Assembly: GCA_963728005.1 (NCBI GenBank)
Contig: CAVSIG010000005.1
Coordinates: 446,010 to 510,009 of the forward strand
Direction: 5' to 3'
DNA length: 64,000 nucleotides
Source: an uncultured Microthrixaceae bacterium
Lineage (GTDB): Bacteria; Actinomycetota; Acidimicrobiia; Acidimicrobiales; DATDAH01
In this document: positions 45,171 through 54,206 of the stretch, piece by piece
Numbering within the stretch: the stretch's first letter is position 1
Layout of the letters: each line of letters opens with the position of its first letter
Position numbers and translations under genes: made by a program
The notes under the pieces: model-generated
Databases searched by the model: none
Told to the model about the DNA's origin: nothing
The model's input: only the letters and a program-made list of their open reading frames with translations

Positions 45171-47786
45171 ATGACGACCGACGCCACGGCAGTGGTGTGG
45201 CCAGAGCTCCCGTCGTTCGCGGTCGAACGCCCGGCCCTGCTGGACCACCTGGAGCAGGCCCTCGACCGGCGTGTCGTCCTGCTGGTGGCACCAGCGGGCT
45301 ACGGCAAGTCCGTGCTCCTGGGCCAGTGGGCCAGGGCCCGTCCCGACCGACGCGTCGCCTGGGCGTCGGCCCGTGGCGTCGGGCGCGACGCCCTCCGCTT
45401 CGGGCGCCGGCTCCGCAAGGCGCTCGTAGCGGCCGACCCCGGCCTGGCCACGCGCCTGGGGCGGATGTCGGTGGGGGTCGACCGGCTCGGCCCCGTGTTC
45501 CTGGACCACGTCGTCGACGAGCTGGAGCGGGGTCCGGAGATGGTCCTCGTCATCGAGGACTTCGAGGAGCTCTCGTCCCCGGGCGTGCTGGAGGACCTCG
45601 GCCAGCTCGCGGACCGGCTGCCACCGACCGCCCGCTTGATCCTCGCGTCGCGGCGGGACCCCGACATGGGCCTCCACCGCCTGCGGCTGCGCGACGAGGT
45701 GGCCGAGATCCGTCAGGACGACCTGGCCATGTCGGACGAGCACGTCCGCCAGCTCGTCCGGGCGCTGGCCCAGTGCGAGCTGCGCAGCGACCAGGCCCGG
45801 GCCCTCGTCGACCGCACCGAGGGCTGGCCGGCCGGCGTGCAGCTGGCGGCCCTGTCCCTGCGTCACCGAGCCGACATCGACACCTACCTCGAGCAGTTCT
45901 CGGGCGACGACCGTCACGTGGCCGACTACCTCAGCGACGAGATCCTGGACGGGCTGGCGTTCCACGAGCGGGAGTTCCTCCTGGCCACCTCGGTCGTCGA
46001 CCGCCTGAACGCGCCTCTGTGCGACGCCCTGACGGGCCGTGGCGACAGCCAACGGATGTTGGAGTCGCTGTACCAGCGGTCGCTGTTCCTGTCGGCGCTG
46101 GACAACCGACGTTCGTCGTACCAGTACCACCCGCTCTTCCGGGATCTCCTGCGCTTCGAGCTGCGGACGGAGCGCCCCGACGAGGAGATCCGGCTTCACC
46201 GCGTCGCTGCGCAGTGGTTCCTGGCGGCGAAGGAACCGAAGGCGGCGGCCGAGCACCTTCTGGCGGCCAGGGACTGGGAGGGCGTCGTGGCCCTCGCCGA
46301 TCGGGAGGGCCGTTCCCGCTTCGAGCGAGGCGATTCGCACATCGTCCTCGGCTGGCTGGAGCGCCTCCCACGGGACCTCGTCGACCGGGACCCCGAGGTC
46401 GCCCTGGCCACGGTCGTGATGCGCATCACGTCGGGCCGCGCCCTCGCCGCTGAGGATCTGATCGACCGCACGACCCGGACCCATGACCTTCCACCGGCGC
46501 TGGAGCTCGTGGTCGACGTCGCCCGCTTGAGCCTGGTGTACCACCACGGGTCGCCGACGTCGGCGCTGGGGACGGCCGCCCACCTCCTGGAGCTGCTCCC
46601 GGAGGTCGCCGACGAGCTGGGGGCGGGCCCCTTCGGCATGTTCGACTCCGAGAGCCTCCGCCTCCAGGGCCTCGGCGGAGCGGCGCGGGCCGAGCTCCTC
46701 CTCGGCAACGTCGGTGCGGCGCGGGAGTGGATTGCACCCGCCGTCGGGCTGAACGCGATCCCGGTGTTGTCCGTCCACGTGCTGGGGACGGCGGCCTACT
46801 GCGATGCGCTGTCCGGTCGCCTGGCGCAGGCCGCCGACCGGGCCACGCGCGCCCTGCTCGTGGCTGAGGAGCTGATGTTCCCGCAGCACTCGGCGTGCGC
46901 AGACGCCCACCTCGCGCTGGCCCACGTCGCGACGCAGCGGGGTGAGCTGGCCGAGGCCGAGCGCCACCTGGCCGACGCGCTTGCGGCGGCTCAGAGCAAC
47001 CGGCGCCACCTGCTCGCCAGCGTGCAGCGGGCCGAGTGGGGTGAGTGGCTGGCCGCGTCCGGCCGACCCGACGCGCTCGCGCTGGTCATCGCCGACCCCG
47101 CGCTGGGCGAGCCGCCCCGACCGCCGGGTGTGCGCGCCCGCATGACGGCTACGCAGGCCAGGCTCCTGCTCGCCGTGGGTCGGGGCGAGGGGGCGGCGGC
47201 ACTGCTCGACGACTACGCCGGGCCCTGGACGTCCGACCTCGCCGCGGCGCGGGCATCGGTGGCCGCGGCGGTGGGCGAGGTCGCGGGAGTCCGCAAGATG
47301 GTCGACGGATGGTCGTACGTCGACGCCGACGAGCCCTGGTCGCGGCTGCAGCGCGGGTTGTGGGAGGCGGTCCTGCTGGATGCCGACGACCGCCGGACGG
47401 AGGCTGAAGCAGCCCTCGACGAGGTTCTCGCCCTCGCCGAGCCCGACGGCCACGTCCAGGTGTTCCGGGACGGGGGCCGAGACGTCGCCCGGCTGCTCCG
47501 CCGTCGGTACCTCAGCCGGCCGACGCCGTACCTGCGTCGGATCGTCGAGGCGGTGGCCGACGGGCCGACGGCGGACCAGAGCGACCAGCTGGTCGAGCAG
47601 CTCAGCGAGCGGGAGCTGGAGGTCCTTCGGTACCTGCCCAGCCGGCTGTCCAACGCCGAGATCGCATCCCGCCTCTTCGTCTCGCTCAACACGCTCAAGA
47701 CGCACCTGAAGGCCATCTACCGCAAGCTCGGTGTCAGCTCCCGGTCCGAGGCCGTCGAGCGCGCCGAGGAGCTCGACCTGGCCTGA
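45171..47786 (+). CDS. LuxR-family transcriptional regulator, large ATP-binding (LAL/MalT-like) type
   Basis: Walker A LLVAPAGYGKSVLL, Walker B MVLVIEDFEEL, a long helical-repeat middle region, and a C-terminal HTH reading LSERELEVLRYLPSRLSNAEIASRLFVSLNTLKTHLKAIYRKLGV. Confidence 0.88.
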   Translation: MTTDATAVVWPELPSFAVERPALLDHLEQALDRRVVLLVAPAGYGKSVLLGQWARARPDRRVAWASARGVGRDALRFGRRLRKALVAADPGLATRLGRMSVGVDRLGPVFLDHVVDELERGPEMVLVIEDFEELSSPGVLEDLGQLADRLPPTARLILASRRDPDMGLHRLRLRDEVAEIRQDDLAMSDEHVRQLVRALAQCELRSDQARALVDRTEGWPAGVQLAALSLRHRADIDTYLEQFSGDDRHVADYLSDEILDGLAFHEREFLLATSVVDRLNAPLCDALTGRGDSQRMLESLYQRSLFLSALDNRRSSYQYHPLFRDLLRFELRTERPDEEIRLHRVAAQWFLAAKEPKAAAEHLLAARDWEGVVALADREGRSRFERGDSHIVLGWLERLPRDLVDRDPEVALATVVMRITSGRALAAEDLIDRTTRTHDLPPALELVVDVARLSLVYHHGSPTSALGTAAHLLELLPEVADELGAGPFGMFDSESLRLQGLGGAARAELLLGNVGAAREWIAPAVGLNAIPVLSVHVLGTAAYCDALSGRLAQAADRATRALLVAEELMFPQHSACADAHLALAHVATQRGELAEAERHLADALAAAQSNRRHLLASVQRAEWGEWLAASGRPDALALVIADPALGEPPRPPGVRARMTATQARLLLAVGRGEGAAALLDDYAGPWTSDLAAARASVAAAVGEVAGVRKMVDGWSYVDADEPWSRLQRGLWEAVLLDADDRRTEAEAALDEVLALAEPDGHVQVFRDGGRDVARLLRRRYLSRPTPYLRRIVEAVADGPTADQSDQLVEQLSERELEVLRYLPSRLSNAEIASRLFVSLNTLKTHLKAIYRKLGVSSRSEAVERAEELDLA

Positions 47787-47845
47787 CGGCGGCTTCACCC
47801 GGCCCGGGTGAGGTGCACGTGCCAACCGGGTGGGACCCTCGGAGC

Positions 47846-50206
47846 ATGAGCCAGGAGATCCCCCGAACCGTCCTGCCGATCCCGGATCCCCAACACGTCG
47901 GCGTCACGACCTACGACGCCAAGGATCCCAGCACCTCGTTTCCGCCGATCGAGCCCGTCGACCCCCCGGCGGGAGCACCCAACGTCCTCATCGTCCTGCT
48001 CGACGACGTGGGCTTCGGTGCCGGATCGCCGTTCGGCGGGCCCTGTGCGATGCCGAACGCCGAGCGGCTGGCTGCGGCCGGCCTGAAGTTCACCCGCTTC
48101 CACACCACGGCGCTCTGCTCGCCCACGCGCCAGGCCATGCTGACCGGTCGCAACCACCACTCGGTCGGCATGGGCGGCATCACCGAGATCGCCACGTCGG
48201 CGCCCGGCTACAACTCCCTGCGCCCGAAGTCGAAGGCGGCCCTGGCCGAGACGCTGAAGCTCAACGGCTTCAACACGGCGCAGTTCGGCAAGTGCCACGA
48301 GGTGCCGGTGTGGCAGACGAGCCCGATGGGCCCCTTCGACGGCTGGCCCTCGGGCGGTTCGGGCTTCGAGTACTTCTACGGCTTCATCGGTGGCGAGACG
48401 AACCAGTGGTACCCCGCCATCTACGAGGGCACCACGCCCGTCGAGCCCTGGGGCGACCCCGACGAGGGCTACCACTTCACCGAAGACATGACCGACAAGG
48501 CCATCGCGTGGGTGCGTCAGCAGAAGTCCCTCATGGGGGAGCGCCCCTTCTTCATGTACTACGCACCAGGCGCCACCCACGCCCCGCACCACGTGCCGGA
48601 GGAGTGGGCGGCGAAGTACAAGGGCCGCTTCGACGCCGGTTGGGATGCCCTGCGGGAGGAGACCTACACCCGCCAGAAGGAGCTGGGGGTCATCCCGGCC
48701 GATGCGGTGCTGACCGAGCGGCCCGACGAGATCCCGGCCTGGGACGACATGGCCGACGACCTCAAGCCGGTGCTGGCCCGCCAGATGGAGATCTACGCCG
48801 GGTTCCTGGAGCACACCGACCACCACGTGGGCCGGCTCGTCGACGCCTTGGAGGACCTGGAGGTCCTGGGCGACACGCTCGTCTACTACATCATCGGTGA
48901 CAACGGGGCGAGCGCCGAGGGCACGATCCCCGGCACCTTCAACGAGCTCATGTCGCTCAACGGTGCCGCCGACTTCGAGACGACCGAGTTCATGGTGTCG
49001 AAGCTCGACGACTTCGGTGGGCCCAACGCCTACAACCACTACGCCGTGGGCTGGGCCCACGCCATGTGCACGCCCTACCAGTGGACCAAGCAGGTCGCCT
49101 CCCACTGGGGAGGCACCCGCAACGGGACCATCGTGGCGTGGCCCAACGGCTTCGAGTCCACGGGCGAGGTCCGGGACCAGTTCCACCACGTGATCGACGT
49201 GGCCGCCACCGTGCTCGACTGTGCCGGCCTGCCGCACCCGCTGTTCGTGAACGGGATCCAGCAGGGGCCGCTGGAGGGCTTCTCGATGAGGTACGCGTTC
49301 GACGACGCCGACGCGCCGGACGTCCACACCACGCAGTACTTCGAGATGTTCTGCAACCGCGGCATCTACCACGAGGGGTGGACGGCGGTGACCCGCCACA
49401 GCACCCCCTGGCTCCCGAACGAGGAGAATCCGGCGTTCAAGGACGACACCTGGGAGCTCTACGACACGAACGTGGACTGGACCCAGGCCCACGACCTCGC
49501 TGCGGAGCAGCCCGACAAGCTGGCCGAGCTCCAGCAGCTGTTCCTCATCGAGGCGGCGAAATACAACGTGCTGCCTCTCGACGACCGTCGGGTGGAACGC
49601 TTCAACTCCGACCTCGCAGGCCGGCCGACCCTCATCAAGGGTGAGTCCCAACGGTTGTTCGGCGGGATGGGCCGCCTGTCGGAGAACTCCGTCCTGAACG
49701 TGAAGAACAAGTCGTATGCGGTGACCGCGGAGGTCGAGATCCCCGAGGGCGGGGCCGACGGGGTGATCATCGCGCAGGGCGGCCAGTTCGCCGGCTGGGC
49801 GCTCTACACGAGGGGCGGCCACGTGAAGTACTGCCACAACCTGTTCGGGCTGCAGGAGTTCACGACCGCGAGCGACACACCGGTGCCGGTCGGGACCCAC
49901 CAGGTGCGGATGGAGTTCACCTACGACGGGGGCGGTCTCGCGAAGGGCGGTGATGTGGCCCTGTACGTCGACGGGGACAAGGTCGGTGAGGGCCGCGTCG
50001 ACGCCACGGTGCCGATGGCCTACTCGGCCGACGAGACCTGTGATGTCGGCTCGGACACGGCGTCCCCGGTGAGCTCGGACTACACGAGCGCCACCAGCCA
50101 CTTCAATGGCACGATCGCGTGGGTGCAACTGGACATCGGCCCGGCCGACGACGACCACCACCTGTCGCCGGACGAGCTCTTCAAGGTCGCGATGGCCCGC
50201 CAGTGA
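47846..50206 (+). CDS. Arylsulfatase (Cys-type, formylglycine-dependent), AtsA-like large form
   Basis: PNVLIVLLDDVGFG, CSPTRQAMLTGRNHH (C-x-P-x-R), GKCHE, APGATHAPHH, IGDNGAS. No signal peptide is evident. An alternative GTG start lies at 47813. Confidence 0.88.
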   Translation: MSQEIPRTVLPIPDPQHVGVTTYDAKDPSTSFPPIEPVDPPAGAPNVLIVLLDDVGFGAGSPFGGPCAMPNAERLAAAGLKFTRFHTTALCSPTRQAMLTGRNHHSVGMGGITEIATSAPGYNSLRPKSKAALAETLKLNGFNTAQFGKCHEVPVWQTSPMGPFDGWPSGGSGFEYFYGFIGGETNQWYPAIYEGTTPVEPWGDPDEGYHFTEDMTDKAIAWVRQQKSLMGERPFFMYYAPGATHAPHHVPEEWAAKYKGRFDAGWDALREETYTRQKELGVIPADAVLTERPDEIPAWDDMADDLKPVLARQMEIYAGFLEHTDHHVGRLVDALEDLEVLGDTLVYYIIGDNGASAEGTIPGTFNELMSLNGAADFETTEFMVSKLDDFGGPNAYNHYAVGWAHAMCTPYQWTKQVASHWGGTRNGTIVAWPNGFESTGEVRDQFHHVIDVAATVLDCAGLPHPLFVNGIQQGPLEGFSMRYAFDDADAPDVHTTQYFEMFCNRGIYHEGWTAVTRHSTPWLPNEENPAFKDDTWELYDTNVDWTQAHDLAAEQPDKLAELQQLFLIEAAKYNVLPLDDRRVERFNSDLAGRPTLIKGESQRLFGGMGRLSENSVLNVKNKSYAVTAEVEIPEGGADGVIIAQGGQFAGWALYTRGGHVKYCHNLFGLQEFTTASDTPVPVGTHQVRMEFTYDGGGLAKGGDVALYVDGDKVGEGRVDATVPMAYSADETCDVGSDTASPVSSDYTSATSHFNGTIAWVQLDIGPADDDHHLSPDELFKVAMARQ

Positions 50207-50955
50207 CCGATTCACACCTGGACGACCGCAGGTTGGGCGAGTTCCTGGACCTCGTTGGCGGGGCCGACAGCGTCGAGCTCAAGCTCACCCTGCCCGACGA
50301 AGACCACCGGTCGACCGGTGCTTCGCTCGGCGTCGACCCCCTCGAGGCGGAGATCCGGCAGGTGTTCTTCTTCGACACGCCGGACCTGGCCCTCGACCGC
50401 CTGGGGATCGTCGTCCGGGCCCGCCGGACGCAGCGCAAGGGGGACGACTCCGTCGTCAAGCTGCGCCCTGTCGTCCCTGAGGACCTCCCCTCCGACCTGC
50501 GGGCCGAGAAGGACGTGGTCGTCGAGGTGGACGCGATGCCCGGGGGCTTCGTCTGCTCGGCCTCCTACAAGGGTGTCCCGACCGCCCCCGTGCTCGAGGT
50601 CGTGACCGGCGCCCACCCGCTGAAGAAGGCCTTCTCCAAGGGCCAGCGCCAGTTCCTGGCCGCCCACGCCCCGGACGGGCCGACCTTGGAGGACCTGGTG
50701 GTCCTCGGTCCCCTCACCGTCCTCAAGTTGCGCATGCGTGAGACGGAGATCGGGCGCAAGCTCGTCGGCGAGATGTGGCTCTTCCCCGACGGGTCCCGGG
50801 TCGTGGAGCTGTCCACGAAGGCCGCGCCGGCGGATGCCCTGATGGCGGCGGCGGACACCCGCCGGTTCCTGATCGAACGGGGCGTCGAGCTGGGCGGCGA
50901 GCAGGCGACAAAGACCCGGAAGGCTCTGGAGTTCTTCGCTCAGTCCCTGGCCTAG
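50203..50955 (+). CDS. CYTH-like (triphosphate tunnel metalloenzyme fold) domain protein
   Basis: GTG overlaps the sulfatase stop (GTGA). VELKLTLPD...IRQVFFFDTPDLALDRLGIVVRARR...DSVVKLRP...VELSTKA (alternating beta-strand pattern typical of CYTH). The assignment is by pattern only. Confidence 0.5.
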   Translation: MTDSHLDDRRLGEFLDLVGGADSVELKLTLPDEDHRSTGASLGVDPLEAEIRQVFFFDTPDLALDRLGIVVRARRTQRKGDDSVVKLRPVVPEDLPSDLRAEKDVVVEVDAMPGGFVCSASYKGVPTAPVLEVVTGAHPLKKAFSKGQRQFLAAHAPDGPTLEDLVVLGPLTVLKLRMRETEIGRKLVGEMWLFPDGSRVVELSTKAAPADALMAAADTRRFLIERGVELGGEQATKTRKALEFFAQSLA

Positions 50956-50965
50956 CGTCCGGGCC

Positions 50966-51887
50966 ATGGCCGAGGAAGCCCTGCTGAGGTCGTGGCGGGA
51001 CACCCGGACGCGTGAGGCGATCGTCGACTTCGTCCAGTCCGTCGACGGACCCGCCGAGGACCGGGTGGCCACGTTCGACAACGACGGCACGCTCTGGTGC
51101 GAGAAGCCGATCCCGATCCAGCTCGACTTCCTCCTCCACCGCATGGCCCAGCAGGCGGCCGATGACCCCAGCCTGGCCAGTCGCCAGCCCTACAAGGCAG
51201 CGTCCGAGCGTGATCTGGCGTGGTTGGGGCAGGCGATGGTCAAGCACTACCAGGGCGACGACACCGACATCGGACTGCTCATGGCGGCGAGCGGCGCCGC
51301 CTTCGGCGGGACGACCGTCGAGGCGTTCAGCGCCCAGGTCCGCGACTGGTTCGCCACCGCGGAGCACCCGACGCTCGGCCGGCCGTACCTCGCCTGCGCC
51401 TTCGTGCCCATGGTCGAGCTCCTCCGCTACCTGGAGGCCAACGGCTTCCGCACCTTCATCGCGTCCGGCGGCGATCGCGACTTCATGCGACCCTTCGCCG
51501 AAGAGCTCTACGGCGTCCCGCCCGAGCGGGTGATCGGGAGCGCCTACGGACTCGAGGTCGACGCCACCGGCGACGACCTGCACCTGCTGTACAAGACGGA
51601 GATCGACTTCTTCGTACGACGGGGACGCCAAGCCGGCGCGGATCTGGAGCCGCATCGGCCGGCGGCCGCTCGTGGCGGGGGGCAACTCCAACGGCGATGT
51701 CCCGATGCTGCGCTTCGCGTCGGCGGCTGGTCGGGACGCGCTGCGCCTCGTCGTCCGCCACGACGACGCCGAGCGGGAGTTCGACGACACGTCCGGTGCC
51801 GAGGGCGTGCTCGAGCGGGCGGATGAGCGAGCGTGGACGGTGGTCAGCATGAAGGACGACTGGGCCACCGTCTTCTCGGACGCGTGA
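50966..51887 (+). pseudogene. HAD-superfamily hydrolase. One +1 insertion (~51614) splits the frame.
   Basis: FDNDGTLW (DxDxT), IASGGDRDFM...EIDFF (frame 2) continues as YDGDAKPARIWSRIGRRPLVAGGNSNGDVPML (frame 0, track ORF 51672..51887). Confidence 0.75.
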
Positions 51888-53539
51888 TCCCGCCGGTCCT
51901 GGCTTGGCGCCGGGGCTACCGGCGCGAATGGCTGGCCAAGGACCTCGTCGGTGGCCTGTCGGCCGGCGCCGTCGTCGTGCCCCAGGCGATGGCCTACGCC
52001 ACGATCGCGGACCTCCCGGTCGAGGTCGGTCTCTACACGTGCATGGTCCCGATGGTGGTCTACGCCCTGCTCGGCGGCTCCCGCACGCTGTCGGTGAGCA
52101 CCACCTCGACCGTCGCCGTCCTCACCGGATCGACCCTGCTGGCGGCGGGAGTGGCCGCCGAGGGCACCGACCCCGCGAAGGACCTCGCGACGCTGACCCT
52201 GCTGGTCGGCGCCGTCCTCCTCCTCGCCCGAGTCCTGCGCATCGGCGCCGTCATCGACAACATCTCCGAGGCGACTCTGACCGGCATCAAGCTCGGTGTC
52301 GGGCTCACCGTCGCCGCCGGCCAGCTGCCGAAGCTGCTCGGCATCCCGGGTGATCCCACTGCCACCGGCTTCTTCGAGGAGGTGGACGCCGTGCTCGACC
52401 AGCTCGGCGACGTGAGCGTGGTGACCCTCGTGTTCTCGGCGGCCACGATCGCCCTGGTCCTCGTGCTGGGCCGTGTGGCGCCCCGGGTCCCGGGCCCGCT
52501 GGTCGCCGTCGTGCTCGGCATCGGGCTGGTGGCCTTCGCCTCGCTGGACGAGCACGGCGTGGCGCTCATCGGCGAGGTGCCCTCCGGCCTGCCGTCGCCG
52601 ATCGGCGTGTCGTTCGACCGCATGGACGACCTGCTCGGCGGCGCCTTCGCCATCGCCATCATGGTGTTCCTCGAGACGGCGGCCGTGGCCCGCCAGGTGC
52701 GGCGGCCCGACGAGCCCGCCATCGACAACGACCAGGAACTGCTGGCCTCGGGCGCCGCCTGCGTCGCCGGCGCCTTCTTCCGGGCCATGCCGTCGGCCGG
52801 CGGCTTCTCGCAGACCGCCATCAACCAGCGGGCGGGCGCCCGCACGCAGGCCAGCGAGCTCGTGACCGTGCTGCTGGCGGTGGGCTGTGCCCTGTTCCTC
52901 GGCGGCATCCTGGAGGACCTTCCCCAGGCGACCCTCGGGGCCATGGTGGTCGTGGCCGTGCTCGGCCTCATCAAGCCGGCCGAGCTCGTCCGCTTCTGGC
53001 GGCTGAGCCGCATCGAGTTCTGGGTCGTCGTGGTCACGGCCGCTTCGGGGCTGGTGTTCGGGCTCCTCGCCGCCGTGCTGGTGGGCGTCCTGTTGACGCT
53101 CTTGCTGGTGCTCGTGGAGCTGGACCGGATCGGGGTGACCGAGCTGCAGCTGGTCGCGACGGGGGACGACCTGGTGGCTGCGGGTCCCGACACCCGGGCC
53201 GTCCCCGGTCTGCTGGTCCTGCGCTTCGACGGACCGCTCTACACGGCGAACATCCGCTCGGTGAACCGCCGGGTGCTGGCCGCCGTCGACGCCCGTGACG
53301 GTGTGGAGATCCTCGTCCTCGACGCCACCGCGGTGGCGATGTTGGCGGTGACGGTCATGGACGAGGTGGCCACCTTCGAGGGCGCACTCGCCGAGCGGGG
53401 CGTCACTCTGTGGGTCGCGGCGCTGCCGCCGGCAGCACTGTCCACCGCCCACAAGACCCTGCGGTGGGACCAGGTGGTGGGCGAGGGCCGACTGCACCCG
53501 ACGGCGCTGGCCGCCGTGCGGGCGTTCACCGCCCGATGA
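51884..53539 (+). CDS. SulP family anion (sulfate) permease with a C-terminal STAS domain
   Basis: GTG overlaps the HAD stop (GTGA). DLVGGLSAGAVVVPQAMAYATIADLP, MPSAGGFSQTAINQRAGARTQ. STAS: LVLRFDGPLYTANI. Confidence 0.85.
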   Translation: MIPPVLAWRRGYRREWLAKDLVGGLSAGAVVVPQAMAYATIADLPVEVGLYTCMVPMVVYALLGGSRTLSVSTTSTVAVLTGSTLLAAGVAAEGTDPAKDLATLTLLVGAVLLLARVLRIGAVIDNISEATLTGIKLGVGLTVAAGQLPKLLGIPGDPTATGFFEEVDAVLDQLGDVSVVTLVFSAATIALVLVLGRVAPRVPGPLVAVVLGIGLVAFASLDEHGVALIGEVPSGLPSPIGVSFDRMDDLLGGAFAIAIMVFLETAAVARQVRRPDEPAIDNDQELLASGAACVAGAFFRAMPSAGGFSQTAINQRAGARTQASELVTVLLAVGCALFLGGILEDLPQATLGAMVVVAVLGLIKPAELVRFWRLSRIEFWVVVVTAASGLVFGLLAAVLVGVLLTLLLVLVELDRIGVTELQLVATGDDLVAAGPDTRAVPGLLVLRFDGPLYTANIRSVNRRVLAAVDARDGVEILVLDATAVAMLAVTVMDEVATFEGALAERGVTLWVAALPPAALSTAHKTLRWDQVVGEGRLHPTALAAVRAFTAR

Positions 53540-53553
53540 GTGGCGTCACCCGC

Positions 53554-54132
53554 TCAGGCGGGCCTGAGCCGCTTCCCGGCGGAGCGGAGCTGGATGCCGA
53601 TGGCGATGCTCGCCGCGCCGCGGAACAGGGCCATGAAGCCGATCCAGATCAGGATCAGGGCGGCGCGGGCGGGATAGAACTGCTGCGAGGCCCAGAAGCC
53701 GAGCAGCACCTCGACGATGCCGGTGGCCAGACCGAGGCCCCAGATGGGGTTCAGGCCCTTCGACTCGACGGCCAGGACGATGTCCATCGTCCCCTTGAGC
53801 ACCAGCAGGAAGCCGAGGATGGACGCCAGCGCCCAGAAGGCGTCGTCGGGGCTCACGAAGGCCCAGATCGCGCCGCCCAGGAACAGCACGGCCATGATCA
53901 CGTGGATCCAGCGCCAGCCGCGGGTCACCGAGATCTCCAGCAGCTCGCTGGCGCCTGCGAAGAGGAGCACGCAGCCGAGCAGGATGCCGACCGTCGTCAC
54001 CGACGTGGTGTCGAACCGCAGCACCAACAGCGCCACGAGGAACCATGCCACCCCGAGGATGATCGGTATCCACCACAGCGTCGTGGCCATGGCCGCGGCC
54101 TCACGCAGATCGCCTTCCGAGACGTCGTCCAT
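53554..54132 (-). CDS. HdeD/DUF308 family membrane protein
   Basis: WWIPIILGVAWFLVALLVLRF...GILLGCVLLFAGASELL...LLVLKGTMDIVLAV... repeated 2-TM units. The ATG at 54132 is preferred over 54225. Confidence 0.7.
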   Translation of the reverse strand: MDDVSEGDLREAAAMATTLWWIPIILGVAWFLVALLVLRFDTTSVTTVGILLGCVLLFAGASELLEISVTRGWRWIHVIMAVLFLGGAIWAFVSPDDAFWALASILGFLLVLKGTMDIVLAVESKGLNPIWGLGLATGIVEVLLGFWASQQFYPARAALILIWIGFMALFRGAASIAIGIQLRSAGKRLRPA

Positions 54133-54206
54133 GGTCCCCTCCTCGGCGAGATGTCCGTCGTCGATGATGCCACCCGGACCTCCCCCACACGGGGGATGCA
54201 GGCCCC

